This document shows positions 1 through 10,474 of a DNA stretch of 64,000 nucleotides, one piece after another. The position numbers and the translations under genes were made by a program. The number at the start of each line of letters is the position of its first letter. The stretch's first letter is position 1. The DNA comes from an uncultured virus (IMG/VR IMGVR_UViG_3300023110_000008). Lineage: Duplodnaviria > Heunggongvirae > Uroviricota > Caudoviricetes. The stretch is from IMG/VR virus record IMGVR_UViG_3300023110_000008. One strand, written 5' to 3'. The notes beneath the pieces were generated by a model. That model ran no database searches. It had not been told where the DNA came from and was given only the letters and a program-made list of their open reading frames with translations.

Positions 1-2
1 CT

Positions 3-254
3 TCTAAACCAAAATATCTTAACACTGCTGATAAAGCAAATACTTATGGAGCAGATACTGCTGAAGTAGGTGCAAACGCTGGTGTTATTTCAGAAGGTTG
101 GCAGTTAAGAAAAACAGTTGGTTCAAGAGTACAGTGGGAGACATTAGTCGCAATGTCTTCAGGTTCAATGGGTTCAGACGTTGCAGACTTTGATGACGAT
201 TCAGACGTAGCAACACCTGATGTAGATGACGATACTGTATTAGCAGATAGTTAA
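3..254 (+). CDS. 3' part of a conserved T4-like virion-associated hypothetical protein (partial)
   Basis: Open frame from the window edge: SKPKYL...EGWQLRKTVGSRVQWETLVAM...DDDTVLADS*, stop TAA 252-254. Confidence 0.7.
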   Translation, partial: SKPKYLNTADKANTYGADTAEVGANAGVISEGWQLRKTVGSRVQWETLVAMSSGSMGSDVADFDDDSDVATPDVDDDTVLADS

Positions 255-264
255 GAATTAAATT

Positions 265-528
265 ATGAGATATAAGTTACTAGCAGGTCACGAAGCACTA
301 CAAGTAGGTTCAGGAAACGGAAGTAATTTCGCTTCTTCTACAGTGGTAAGAGTATATAACTCCGACACACAATTTAGATTGGTTTCAGTAGAAACTTCTG
401 CTAATGTGTTAATCGGTAATATGCACATTGCACCAGGTGGTTCAGTAGATATAGAAAAGAATCCATCAGATGAACTATTCATCGATGGTGGTGCAGTATT
501 TGGTACCGCAGTAGCAATTAACGCATAG
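265..528 (+). CDS. hypothetical protein, beta-rich, probably virion-associated
   Basis: 87 aa ORF in a tightly packed operon. Confidence 0.7.
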   Translation: MRYKLLAGHEALQVGSGNGSNFASSTVVRVYNSDTQFRLVSVETSANVLIGNMHIAPGGSVDIEKNPSDELFIDGGAVFGTAVAINA

Positions 529-536
529 GTAAAATT

Positions 537-980
537 ATGAAAACATTTAAAACATTTTTAGAAGAAAACAATATCGTAGGATTCCAAGGTGCTGGTCTAT
601 CCTCTGAGGCCATTCCACATGATATTGAAGACAGCATTGTAAAAGACAAAATCAATGCTATACTTGGTCACGTTGCAGTGGCTGAGTTTTTAAACCCAAA
701 AGCAGCAGTCGCTCAGATGGAAGCAAAACTTAATCAATTAGGTTTATTCAGATCAAATGTTCCATCATCTGACCCAAGAAACGAATCAGCAGACGAAGCA
801 GACTTCAGTGCTGATAGAGGTCAATTCTCATTAAACTTCTCACGTTATGGTGAAATCGTTGGTAAAACAGTTGATACACCAATCGATGAGATTGAAAAAG
901 AAGAATACGTAGTAGAACTTAACGTTAGATACGAAAAGTTAGACACAGGTTCTTATAAAGTTTACGGCGCTTTAGTATAA
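537..980 (+). CDS. putative head-internal protein with capsid-targeting-like N-terminus
   Basis: N-terminus MKTFKTFLEE resembles the T4 internal-protein CTS (MKT(F/Y)xEFxxE). Confidence 0.6.
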   Translation: MKTFKTFLEENNIVGFQGAGLSSEAIPHDIEDSIVKDKINAILGHVAVAEFLNPKAAVAQMEAKLNQLGLFRSNVPSSDPRNESADEADFSADRGQFSLNFSRYGEIVGKTVDTPIDEIEKEEYVVELNVRYEKLDTGSYKVYGALV

Positions 981-1348
981 TGAGCAGACAACTACTCGAA
1001 GACATTCGATCAAAACTCATAGAATATTCAGGTAGACCTGAACCAGATTTTAATGATAAAGAAATGTCTGAAATTCAAAAAGTGATGTCTAGAGCAGTTG
1101 GCAAGAAAGTCGACATGGGCATGAGTGATATTAGTTATCATACAGGTGGTATGGACTTCGGTGGTGAAGGACAATATGACATAGTTGTAGGTTCAAAATC
1201 CGACAACGGTAAACCTCCCTATGATATATCTGTTGTAGATAATGACTCTGGAAATGAGGTTGAAAGAAAATCTGCCAGAGATTTTAAAGGTGTGTTAAAA
1301 CTTGTTACCACACTTGCTAAAAAACATAAAAAAGGGTTAACAAGTTAA
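980..1348 (+). CDS. hypothetical protein
   Basis: 122 aa ORF, TAATG-coupled to the previous gene. Confidence 0.7.
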   Translation: MSRQLLEDIRSKLIEYSGRPEPDFNDKEMSEIQKVMSRAVGKKVDMGMSDISYHTGGMDFGGEGQYDIVVGSKSDNGKPPYDISVVDNDSGNEVERKSARDFKGVLKLVTTLAKKHKKGLTS

Positions 1349-1398
1349 TAACCTTTTCATCTACACCTATATAAAGGTGTAAACAACATTATTATATT

Positions 1399-1770
1399 AT
1401 GGGTCTATTTGACAAACTCACAGCAAAAAACTTTAATGCATATGCGATGAAGCATTACGATGATCCTCAATGTGAGGACATTGAAGATTTCCAAGAAGAT
1501 TTACGCCGATTCCGATATTTAAAACGATTATTACATAGATACCATGAGAATGGCGAACTACGTGAGCGTCTAATGCTCAATCACATTATCTGTTTATTCA
1601 ACGTATTTGGTTTTGAACCATGTATGAGAATGTTAAACTTTAAGATTAAAGACAAAACACACTGGTCATCGATCAAAACAATGTTGATTTATCTCGGTCT
1701 TATCAAAGAAGACTGGATGGCGGAAGTGCCATTAGACAATATACTAATCGAAAGACTTAGAGAATTGTGA
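1399..1770 (+). CDS. conserved T4-like hypothetical protein
   Basis: YAMKHYDDPQC...FQEDLRRFRYLKRLL...ELRERLMLNHII pattern typical of marine T4-like phages. Confidence 0.75.
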   Translation: MGLFDKLTAKNFNAYAMKHYDDPQCEDIEDFQEDLRRFRYLKRLLHRYHENGELRERLMLNHIICLFNVFGFEPCMRMLNFKIKDKTHWSSIKTMLIYLGLIKEDWMAEVPLDNILIERLREL

Positions 1771-1771
1771 T

Positions 1772-1847
1772 GCTGGATTAGCTCAGCAGGTAGAGCAGCT
1801 CACTTGTAATGAGAAGGTCGGGAGTTCGATTCTCTCATCCAGCACCA
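1772..1847 (+). tRNA. tRNA-Thr(TGT)
   Basis: Acceptor GCTGGAT/ATCCAGC, D arm, anticodon loop CT-TGT-AA, TTCGA T loop, encoded CCA. Confidence 0.95.
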
Positions 1848-1856
1848 TTTAGATAG

Positions 1857-1864
1857 CATAAATA
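1857..1864 (+). promoter_or_regulatory. T4-type late promoter (CATAAATA)
   Basis: Near-consensus TATAAATA 5 nt before ATG 1870. Confidence 0.6.
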
Positions 1865-1869
1865 GAAGT

Positions 1870-2487
1870 ATGGTAGGAAGAGTAGTAGATAGTTTAATTG
1901 TATTCAGAATTCTTAAGATGTTGACAACGCCTTTTGAGAAGACACAGGCGTATAAGTTTGGTTTTATAGACAAAAAAGGCAATAGAATTAAGAAATTGCC
2001 TGATCCAGACAATCCAAACATCACAGTAGAAAACAATCCTTTCACAAAAGCAGAAAAGAATTCACTCACACCACTACACAGATTAGTATTCAACCTTAAA
2101 AAACTTATAGAAAAACTGCCATTTGGCAAGACTGCATTCGCTTCGTATGCAGTAGCACTAGCATTACTTAAAGAAGAAACAACATTAACCTCTGATCAGA
2201 TGGATGATCTATTTGAAAAGTTCTATAGATTGATAAAAGAGGCAGACGTTGTTACACCTGAAATGATATCAGAGAGTGTTAAAGTTGGTAAACTATACGA
2301 AGACAGACCTTATAGATTAAGAAGACAAATAAAACAAAATTTTGATGAGATTGAAGAAATCAAAATTTATCCTGAGAAGACAGAAGTTGTGAACGTTAGA
2401 GAACACAGTATGGGATTCGGTATTATGATCTATCAAGGTGATATCGGAGAGGACAAAATATTGTTCACAGCAGAAGATGTTTATTGA
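1870..2487 (+). CDS. conserved T4-like hypothetical protein
   Basis: FRILKMLTTPFEKTQAYKFGFIDKKG...TPLHRLVFNLKKLI pattern. Confidence 0.75.
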   Translation: MVGRVVDSLIVFRILKMLTTPFEKTQAYKFGFIDKKGNRIKKLPDPDNPNITVENNPFTKAEKNSLTPLHRLVFNLKKLIEKLPFGKTAFASYAVALALLKEETTLTSDQMDDLFEKFYRLIKEADVVTPEMISESVKVGKLYEDRPYRLRRQIKQNFDEIEEIKIYPEKTEVVNVREHSMGFGIMIYQGDIGEDKILFTAEDVY

Positions 2488-3256
2488 AGAAATACTAAAA
2501 GTTGATACTCTTACATTCAAAGATCAAAGTGATCTAAAGAGAGCAAAATACGAAAAACTTAAAATCTTCCATGATGGATGGCAGAACATAGTATTACCTG
2601 CACCACCTAAAAACTCTTCATCACAAGCAAAGAACGAGATAAACGAAATCAAAAAAGAATACGATGGTCAATCTAAACAAGACAAGATTGATTATATCAA
2701 TTGTGATAAAGATGCATCATATTACATCAAAGAAGTACTATTAGACAACAACTACGATTTCGATGAAGACACAATCGAAATGATAGAGTCACAATGTACA
2801 CCAATCATTAGACACTATAAAAATCATTTCAATAGACCAAGACCTTATCAATTAGCAGAGGCCTTGGGAATTGACTTTAAGAGATATGAGACAGACACAG
2901 CAAGTACACCATCGTATCCTTCTGGTCATACAGTACAACCTTACGTGGTCGCAAATTACTATGGTAAATTATATCCAGAGATCAGAAGTGAACTACGAGA
3001 TGCAGCTGACATATGTGCATTCGGTAGAGTAATTGCAGGTTTACATTTTCCTAGTGATTACAGAGCAGGCATTATGTTAGCAGATCAACTTGCGGAATTC
3101 ATTAAGTACGAAGACCTTAGAGAAGATGCACCTGTCAACTCCACAGGAGCGGCAGTTGCTACAGATCAACCTCTTGTTAGAAGTCGATCTAAATATGTAA
3201 AGAAGAACAGAAAAGATTCTGAAACACTTTACAGAAAGTTACGTACTTACCTATAA
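2477..3256 (+). CDS. PAP2 / vanadium-haloperoxidase-family phosphatase
   Basis: KNHFNRPRP, PSYPSGH and RVIAGLHFPSD catalytic motifs; start taken at MFIEE (2477). Confidence 0.85.
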   Translation: MFIEEILKVDTLTFKDQSDLKRAKYEKLKIFHDGWQNIVLPAPPKNSSSQAKNEINEIKKEYDGQSKQDKIDYINCDKDASYYIKEVLLDNNYDFDEDTIEMIESQCTPIIRHYKNHFNRPRPYQLAEALGIDFKRYETDTASTPSYPSGHTVQPYVVANYYGKLYPEIRSELRDAADICAFGRVIAGLHFPSDYRAGIMLADQLAEFIKYEDLREDAPVNSTGAAVATDQPLVRSRSKYVKKNRKDSETLYRKLRTYL

Positions 3257-3259
3257 ATT

Positions 3260-4075
3260 ATGTTAAAATTCCTGAATTACTTAGCCCTACTTACCTCTCT
3301 AGCAATTGCAGGTATAGCAGCCTATTTCTCAATTATAGGTATGGCAACTATGTTTGCAGGTGCATACATCGGAACAATAGTAATGATGTCAGCATTAGAG
3401 ACAGGTAAACTTGTCACTGCGGCTTATCTACACCTTGCATGGGAAAAACTCAACTATTTAAAATACTATTTACTTGCATCTGTAGCAGTATTGATGTTAA
3501 TTACATCACTTGGTATATTTGGTTACTTGTCAAAAGCGAATATTGAAGTTAACCTAGTAGGTGATGGTAACAATTTAGAGTTGTCGATACTAGATGTTCG
3601 TATTGGTGCAGAAGAAGATAAGATTACAAGACTACAAGAAAGACTCTCAGGACTCGACCTGGTCGTCACCACAGGGCGTCCACAAGATAGAAACTATATC
3701 AATAGACAACAAAGAGATGAAAGGGCTCAGATCGCTGAAGACATTGATGCCTCAGTGGCATTGATAACTCAGTACACTGAAGAAAAACTTCCTATTCAGA
3801 GACGACAACTTGAACAGGATTCTAAGATAGGACCAATCAAATATGTTGCAGAAGTCATATATGGCGAAGAGGAAGTTGTCAAGTATCTTGACAACGCTGT
3901 CCGCTGGGTGATTTATGCGCTAATATTTGTATTTGATCCACTGGCTGTCCTGTTACTAGTCTCATCCACAGGTATGATTGCTCGTAGAGTAGAAGAGGAA
4001 AAACCTAAAGTTGTTGAGAATAGATACGTCATCCAAGTACCCAAAAAGAAAGCAAAAAGTATATTGAAAACCTAG
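3260..4075 (+). CDS. conserved membrane protein with coiled coil
   Basis: Three N-terminal hydrophobic segments, LITSLGIFGYLSKA, IGPIKYVAE, IFVFDPLAV. Confidence 0.75.
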   Translation: MLKFLNYLALLTSLAIAGIAAYFSIIGMATMFAGAYIGTIVMMSALETGKLVTAAYLHLAWEKLNYLKYYLLASVAVLMLITSLGIFGYLSKANIEVNLVGDGNNLELSILDVRIGAEEDKITRLQERLSGLDLVVTTGRPQDRNYINRQQRDERAQIAEDIDASVALITQYTEEKLPIQRRQLEQDSKIGPIKYVAEVIYGEEEVVKYLDNAVRWVIYALIFVFDPLAVLLLVSSTGMIARRVEEEKPKVVENRYVIQVPKKKAKSILKT

Positions 4076-4092
4076 TCTACCAGTAGTATAAT
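4064..4092 (+). promoter_or_regulatory. sigma70-type promoter
   Basis: TTGAAA-17-TATAAT, 8 nt before the primase ATG. Confidence 0.6.
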
Positions 4093-4100
4093 AGTATTCT

Positions 4101-5132
4101 ATGCTATGGTTAGAACGTAAATACTTGTCCCTTGTTATGTCTTCACTAGACATGGCGAAGTGGACCAATGATAATACACTAAATCACAGGTGTCCATATT
4201 GTGGCGACTCTCAAAAGAACAAGTACAAGGCCAGAGGTTATCACTTCGAAGTAGATCAATCGTTTGTATACAAGTGCCATAATTGTGGCAAGACTACATC
4301 AAGTGTAAATTTCATTAAAGATCATTTTCCTGTACAACACAAAGAATACATCAAAGAGTGGTTGAAAGAGAGTGGTAAGGGGCGTAAAAAAACAGCCCAA
4401 AAAATGCCATCAAGTGATAAATTCAAGTTTACCCCAAGGCAAGAAAATCTAAATATAAAAGATAATTCACTAGTTGCTGTTGCAGTTCCAGTAATTGAGA
4501 AAGCAGTTGCAAGAAACTATCTCTTAGAGAGAGGCATACCAGAATTTAAGATGACAAATCTATGGTATGTCGACAATGCACAAACTCTATCATATCTTTC
4601 ACCAAGATATAAAGACAGAGTTCTAGGCAATGATCCAAGAATTATTATGCCATTCTACGATGAGAATGGGAAACTAGTTGGTCTTACAGGTCGTGCCATT
4701 AACGGTTCGCCCTTAAGATATCTAACAATGAGGTTTCGGGATGATGTTCCACTCATCTTCAACATTGAGAACGTGGACAAAACAAAAACTATTTACGTCA
4801 CAGAGGGGCCGATAGATAGTTTATTCCTACCAAACAGTATCGCAGTCGGTGGTAGTGATTTTAAAAAGATCAGCGATGATATAAAAGATAATGCAATACT
4901 TATATACGACAACGAACCTAGAAACGAACAAATCATAAAGAAATTAGAAGAGGTTATCTCTTTGGGTTATCGTGTCTGTATATGGAATGATAAACGTATT
5001 GCCGATTGTAAAGATATTAATGATATGATTTCTAGTGGCATATCAGAAATAGAAGTAAAACAAATTATAGACAATTGTGTTGTCTCTGGTCTTTCAGCGA
5101 GATTACAATTGAAGGAGTATAAACGTACATGA
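4101..5132 (+). CDS. gp61: DNA primase (T4 gp61-like)
   Basis: RCPYCGDS...YKCHNCG zinc ribbon; VTEGPIDSLF and YDNEPRN Toprim motifs; KDINDM. Confidence 0.95.
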   Translation: MLWLERKYLSLVMSSLDMAKWTNDNTLNHRCPYCGDSQKNKYKARGYHFEVDQSFVYKCHNCGKTTSSVNFIKDHFPVQHKEYIKEWLKESGKGRKKTAQKMPSSDKFKFTPRQENLNIKDNSLVAVAVPVIEKAVARNYLLERGIPEFKMTNLWYVDNAQTLSYLSPRYKDRVLGNDPRIIMPFYDENGKLVGLTGRAINGSPLRYLTMRFRDDVPLIFNIENVDKTKTIYVTEGPIDSLFLPNSIAVGGSDFKKISDDIKDNAILIYDNEPRNEQIIKKLEEVISLGYRVCIWNDKRIADCKDINDMISSGISEIEVKQIIDNCVVSGLSARLQLKEYKRT

Positions 5133-7441
5133 ATTCTGAAATAAAGGTATTAAAATCTGATGGCGAAAAAGTCTCAATAGATTTAGATAAAATCCATAGA
5201 ATGGTAGAGAAGGCCTGTAGAGGTGTTACAGGTGTATCTGAGTCATTGGTAGAAATGAATAGTGGTCTACAGTTCTATGACGGCATCACAACACAAGAAA
5301 TACAAAAGATTTTAATCAAGTCTGCTAGTGATCTCATTTCACTAGAGTCGCCTAATTATCAGTTCGTTGCATCTAAACTTCTACTCTTTGCAATTCAGAA
5401 ACAAGTCTTCAACACAAAATGGAAAGATGCAGAGATATATCCTGAACTTAAAGACTTGATAGAGAGAAACATAGAGAAAGGCGTATACGACCAAGAAATA
5501 CTAGAATGGTATTCAGACGAAGAGTTAGACAAGTTAAACAAAGCCTTGAGACATAGTAGAGATTTTGACTTTACTTATGCAGGTTTACAGCAAGTTGTAG
5601 ATAAATACTTAGTACAAGACAGATCATCTGGTCAAATCTACGAAACACCACAATTCATGTACATGTTAATTGCCATGACATTGTTTAGAAACTATGGTGA
5701 GAACAGACTAGATACAGTTAAGAGATATTACGATGCTATATCTCAATTTAAGATCAACATACCGACACCTATCATGGCAGGTGTCAGAACACCATTACGA
5801 CAATTTGCAAGTTGTGTATTAGTAGATAGTGATGATTCTTTATCTTCAATTTTTGCTAGTGACATGGCTATTGGTCGTTATGTAGCACAAAGAGCAGGAA
5901 TAGGAATCAATGCAGGTAGAATCAGAGGAATTGGAAGCAAAATTAGAGGTGGTGAAGTCCAACATACAGGTGTTATCCCTTTCCTTAAGAAATTTGAGTC
6001 GACAGTTAGATGCTGTACGCAAAACGGTGTTCGAGGCGGAAGTGCTACTGTCCATTTCCCAATTTGGCACCAAGAAATTGAAGACATCATCGTCCTCAAA
6101 AACAACAAAGGCACAGAAGACAACAGAGTCAGAAAGTTAGACTATTCTATTCAACTATCAAAACTATTCTATGAAAGATTTCTTAAAAACGAAGATATTA
6201 CACTTTTTTCACCCCATGATGTGCCTGGCCTTTACGAGTTATTCGGAACCGATGATTTCGATGCAGAGTATGAGAGATACGAAAGGGCAACATCTGTACC
6301 AAAGAAAAAGATTAATGCAAGAGAATTAATTACCGATCTACTTAAAGAAAGAGCGGAGACTGGCCGAATCTATATTATGAATATAGATCACTGTAATTCT
6401 CATAGTAGTTTCCTAGACAAAGTAAACATGAGCAATCTTTGTCAGGAGATTACATTGCCTACTGATCCAATAGAACACATCGATGGCAATGGTGAGATTG
6501 CATTGTGTATCTTATCAGCAATCAATGTAGGCATAGTTAAAGAAGAAGAGTTTGAAGAGATATGTGATCTATCAGTCAGAGGGTTAGAAGAACTCATAGA
6601 TTACCAAGAATATCCTGTAGAAGCGGCTAAGATATCTACACTTGCACGTAGATCACTTGGCATTGGTTACATTGGACTTGCACATTATCTTGCTAAGAAC
6701 AAAGTAAAATACCACGAACCGAATGCTTGGCAGCTGGTACACGATTTAACAGAGAGATTCCAGTATTTCCTCCTAAAAAGTTCCAATAAGATTGCAGAAG
6801 AGAAAGGTGCATGTGATTATTTTGACAGAACAAAATATGCAGAGGGCATTCTACCTATCGACACATACAAGAACGATGTTGACGAACTAGTGAACTCAAA
6901 ACTCCATATGGATTGGAAACAACTCAGAGCAAATATAAAAAAACATGGTCTGAGACACAGTACATTGTCAGCACAAATGCCAAGTGAATCATCTAGTGTT
7001 GTATCAAATGCAACAAATGGTATTGAACCACCTAGAGATTACTTGTCAGTGAAGAAATCGAAGAAAGGTACACTGAAACAGATTGTGCCTCAATATAGTA
7101 TACTAAAGAATAGTTACACTTGCCTATGGGATATGCCATCAAACGAGGGTTATATCAATGTAGTTGCAGTGATGCAGAAGTTCTTTGATCAGGCAATATC
7201 AGGCAATTGGTCATACAATCCTGAAAATTACGAGAATGGTGAAGTGCCAATTTCTGTAATGGCAAGAGACTTATTGACAACCTATAAACTTGGTTGGAAA
7301 ACATCTTACTATCAGAACACAATGGATGGTAAGAAAGAAGATGTAATCGAAGATACACCTAGTGCTGTCGATGATGCTGCTAATGTAATGTCTAAATATG
7401 AATCCAGTGAGGAAGAAGATTGTGAAGCGTGTGCCATTTGA
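5129..7441 (+). CDS. nrdA: ribonucleotide reductase class Ia alpha subunit
   Basis: ATP cone, PTPIMAG, QFASCVL, SNLCQEI, MPSESSS, C-terminal CEAC; no intein visible. Confidence 0.97.
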   Translation: MNSEIKVLKSDGEKVSIDLDKIHRMVEKACRGVTGVSESLVEMNSGLQFYDGITTQEIQKILIKSASDLISLESPNYQFVASKLLLFAIQKQVFNTKWKDAEIYPELKDLIERNIEKGVYDQEILEWYSDEELDKLNKALRHSRDFDFTYAGLQQVVDKYLVQDRSSGQIYETPQFMYMLIAMTLFRNYGENRLDTVKRYYDAISQFKINIPTPIMAGVRTPLRQFASCVLVDSDDSLSSIFASDMAIGRYVAQRAGIGINAGRIRGIGSKIRGGEVQHTGVIPFLKKFESTVRCCTQNGVRGGSATVHFPIWHQEIEDIIVLKNNKGTEDNRVRKLDYSIQLSKLFYERFLKNEDITLFSPHDVPGLYELFGTDDFDAEYERYERATSVPKKKINARELITDLLKERAETGRIYIMNIDHCNSHSSFLDKVNMSNLCQEITLPTDPIEHIDGNGEIALCILSAINVGIVKEEEFEEICDLSVRGLEELIDYQEYPVEAAKISTLARRSLGIGYIGLAHYLAKNKVKYHEPNAWQLVHDLTERFQYFLLKSSNKIAEEKGACDYFDRTKYAEGILPIDTYKNDVDELVNSKLHMDWKQLRANIKKHGLRHSTLSAQMPSESSSVVSNATNGIEPPRDYLSVKKSKKGTLKQIVPQYSILKNSYTCLWDMPSNEGYINVVAVMQKFFDQAISGNWSYNPENYENGEVPISVMARDLLTTYKLGWKTSYYQNTMDGKKEDVIEDTPSAVDDAANVMSKYESSEEEDCEACAI

Positions 7442-8381
7442 AGAAAAGACAGTAAAGTATAAGAAACTAAACGAAGACAACAAATGGTTACGTGGTACAA
7501 CCAATGAGAACACATGGAAGTTATGGAAAGATAGATACGTAGTCATACGTAATCTAATACCTCAAGACATCATAGACTATACCATGGATATATGGCGTGC
7601 TACAGAACATAGAGGTGACGTATTAGAAGTAGAAGAGTACGAGATAACTACTGGTGGGCCTGATGGTAAACCAGTATCACTGAAGAAATCTAAAGCAGGA
7701 TATTGTACACCATGGGGTATTGCATTACACCAATATGTAACAACTGCCTTGCAGAGACACTTAGACATTGATCTAAGGCAGACATACTCTTACACACGTA
7801 GTTATGATAGAGGTGCATATCTAGGTTCACATTTAGATAGAGCGTCTTGTGAAATTAGTGCTACACTTTGTTTAGATTACAAAACAGATGACAATACGCC
7901 TTGGCCTATTTGGTTACGAAACGATGAAAACTTCATCACAATGGATAATCAACACGTCAAAGATATCACACAAAATCTAAATCATAGAGACAGAGAAAAG
8001 AACAATTGTAAGAAAGTGTTGTTAGAACCTGGTGATATTATGATGTATCAAGGGCCAAATATACCACATTGGCGTGACTATCTTGCAGGTGATTATAGTT
8101 ACCATATATTTCTACATTGGTACAATGCAAATACTCACATGGCAGGTTTCAATGAATGGTATGATGATGAGGGTGTCAAAACTAGTGCCGCTAGACAACG
8201 ATACTCAGCATTAGATTTTGATGGTAGACCAAACAGACTCATATCAAGTGACAAGAGAAGTAAACAATATCACGCCTTTCAAGCAGAATATGACAGAGAT
8301 AAACAGGCACAGATAGATTTTGTAAATAACTATGATGAACTAGTGCTAGATGTAAAAGAGAATAAAGATGACAGTATTTAA
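7398..8381 (+). CDS. 2OG-Fe(II) oxygenase-like protein inserted between nrdA and nrdB (start may be GTG 7431)
   Basis: TYSYTRSY...HLDRASCEISAT...LEPGD..MYQG..IPHWR...HIFLHW (HxD...H). Confidence 0.8.
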   Translation: MNPVRKKIVKRVPFEEKTVKYKKLNEDNKWLRGTTNENTWKLWKDRYVVIRNLIPQDIIDYTMDIWRATEHRGDVLEVEEYEITTGGPDGKPVSLKKSKAGYCTPWGIALHQYVTTALQRHLDIDLRQTYSYTRSYDRGAYLGSHLDRASCEISATLCLDYKTDDNTPWPIWLRNDENFITMDNQHVKDITQNLNHRDREKNNCKKVLLEPGDIMMYQGPNIPHWRDYLAGDYSYHIFLHWYNANTHMAGFNEWYDDEGVKTSAARQRYSALDFDGRPNRLISSDKRSKQYHAFQAEYDRDKQAQIDFVNNYDELVLDVKENKDDSI

Positions 8382-9465
8382 CAAGAACAACGTAGATTTT
8401 AAGAAGGCAAAACCATTCTTTGGTGAACCATTGAACACACAAAGATTCGATGAGTTCAAATATCCAATCTTTGACAAACTCACACAAACACAATTAGGTT
8501 TCTTTTGGAGACCTGAAGAAGTATCTCTACAAAAAGATAGAGCAGATTATCAATCACTAACCGATGCACAAAAACACATCTTTACGTCTAATTTACGATA
8601 TCAAACCCTTTTAGATTCAGTTCAAGGTAGGGCACCGTCCATAGCATTTTTACCCTTTGTGACCCTACCTGAACTTGAGTCTTGTATTATCACTTGGGAC
8701 TTCATGGAGACGATCCACAGTCGTTCCTATACACACATTATAAAGAATGTTTATGCTGACCCTAGTGATATATTCGATACAATAATAGACGAACCTGCAA
8801 TTATCAAACGTGCTGAAATGGTTACAGAGAAATATGACGATTTCATTGCACTAGGCAGGCGAAGACTCTTAGGTCTAAAAGTTGACGACTATGATCTCTA
8901 CAAGGCATTATATCTTGCCTTGATTAGTGTCAACATTTTAGAAGGTATAAGATTCTTCGTCTCTTTTGCCTGTTCATTTGGATTTGGTGAACTTAAACTC
9001 ATGGAAGGCAGTGCCAAGATTATATCATTCATTGCAAGAGACGAGGCTCAACATCTTGCAATATCACAACACATTCTAAAATGTTACAAAAACCATGAAA
9101 ACGACAAGTTAATGAACAAGGTTATGAAAGATTGTGAACCAGAAGTTTACAAAATGTACGAAGATGCAGTACAACAAGAGAAAGAGTGGGCAGAATATCT
9201 ATTCAAAGATGGATCAATGATTGGTCTATCAGTGCCTCTTCTTGGCAAATATGTAGAATACACTGCAAACAAAAGACTACGTGCAATTGGTTTGAATCCA
9301 ATCTACGACATATCATCTACTAACAACCCTTTACCTTGGACTCAACACTGGTTCAACAGTAGAGGACTACAGAATGCACCACAAGAAACAGAGATAGAAT
9401 CATATCTCATTGGTGGCATCAAACAAGATGTAACAGATGACACGTTTTCAGATTTTAAATTATAA
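8368..9465 (+). CDS. nrdB: ribonucleotide reductase class Ia beta subunit
   Basis: FFWRPEEV, QTLLDSVQGR, ETIHSRSY, LEGIRF, IARDEAQH, APQETEIESY. Confidence 0.97.
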   Translation: MTVFNKNNVDFKKAKPFFGEPLNTQRFDEFKYPIFDKLTQTQLGFFWRPEEVSLQKDRADYQSLTDAQKHIFTSNLRYQTLLDSVQGRAPSIAFLPFVTLPELESCIITWDFMETIHSRSYTHIIKNVYADPSDIFDTIIDEPAIIKRAEMVTEKYDDFIALGRRRLLGLKVDDYDLYKALYLALISVNILEGIRFFVSFACSFGFGELKLMEGSAKIISFIARDEAQHLAISQHILKCYKNHENDKLMNKVMKDCEPEVYKMYEDAVQQEKEWAEYLFKDGSMIGLSVPLLGKYVEYTANKRLRAIGLNPIYDISSTNNPLPWTQHWFNSRGLQNAPQETEIESYLIGGIKQDVTDDTFSDFKL

Positions 9466-9958
9466 CATAGTATATTTCGATGATTTCGATATATGTGTTT
9501 GCCCTAAGAATGGTAGTTCGTCTATCATATATGCAAAGACAGTACTGTTAGGGTTACAAGATCAATCATTGCCATACTCTGGATTTCTAAACAAAGAGTT
9601 CAGAGAGGGCATGCCTAGACTGGCAGTGAGACGAGATCCAGTAGACAGATTTAGATCGGCAGTAGCACAATTACGTAAGTCCAATCAGTACGCCACAGTT
9701 GACATGGCGATCTCTATGGTGTCGGAAGGTGAGATTCCAGACGAGCATTTCATACCACAGAAGATCATTATGGGTGATATAGAGGCATATGCCGAGGTTA
9801 TCCCCCTTGACCATTTAGACGATCTTATGATAAGGTTGGGCGTAGAAAATGAAGTGCATATTAACAAAATAAGAGAAAATATTGACTTAACAAATTCTCA
9901 AATTGAACAAATAAAAAACCTATATAAAATTGACTATGAAGGAGGTTGGCATGATTGA
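9437..9958 (+). CDS. sulfotransferase-family protein
   Basis: PKNGSSS (5'-PSB-like), RDPVDRFRSA (3'-PB-like), HFIPQ, LYKIDY. Confidence 0.7.
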   Translation: MTRFQILNYNIVYFDDFDICVCPKNGSSSIIYAKTVLLGLQDQSLPYSGFLNKEFREGMPRLAVRRDPVDRFRSAVAQLRKSNQYATVDMAISMVSEGEIPDEHFIPQKIIMGDIEAYAEVIPLDHLDDLMIRLGVENEVHINKIRENIDLTNSQIEQIKNLYKIDYEGGWHD

Positions 9959-10193
9959 GATATATGGTAAAACACAATGCCCTTTTTGTGACAAAGCAAA
10001 ACAACTTTGCGAAGCAAACGGCTATGCTTACGAGTACAAACAATTAGACGTAGACTTTACACGTGAAGAATTGTTTGAACAATTTCCAGGTGCTAGAACA
10101 TTTCCACAGATCAGAATTGATGACAATAACATTGGTGGTTATACAGAGCTAGAACAATGGCATAAGAATGCACTAGGACCAGTAAACGTATGA
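9951..10193 (+). CDS. nrdC: glutaredoxin
   Basis: CPFC, RTFPQI, IGGYTEL; SD GGAGG upstream of MIEIYGK. Confidence 0.92.
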   Translation: MIEIYGKTQCPFCDKAKQLCEANGYAYEYKQLDVDFTREELFEQFPGARTFPQIRIDDNNIGGYTELEQWHKNALGPVNV

Positions 10194-10474
10194 GAAGATT
10201 CTATTTGTATTTACCAGCTGAACAAGACCAAGACGTTCAGTGTGAAAGATGGAAACATCTATTCAAACAAATAGACAGAGAGTTTTGTGAAGTCAGAGTC
10301 TATACATCTGGCTTAGACTTCCAAAAATCTCAAGCAAAACACCCATTACCATATGCTGTAGAGATTAAACCAAACAAAACTGAAGGCAAAAAGAAATCTT
10401 TCGAAAGTATGTGGAAAATGATAATGATTAACACAGGCAAGACAGACGAGGATTATATACCCCAAAATGATTAA
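10190..10474 (+). CDS. hypothetical protein
   Basis: 94 aa ORF, ATGA-coupled. Confidence 0.6.
   Translation: MRRFYLYLPAEQDQDVQCERWKHLFKQIDREFCEVRVYTSGLDFQKSQAKHPLPYAVEIKPNKTEGKKKSFESMWKMIMINTGKTDEDYIPQND

Noticed and set aside
5129..9465. Intron or intein in nrdA/nrdB
   Set aside because: Both ORFs are continuous and of normal length; the intervening gene is a 2OG oxygenase, not a homing endonuclease.
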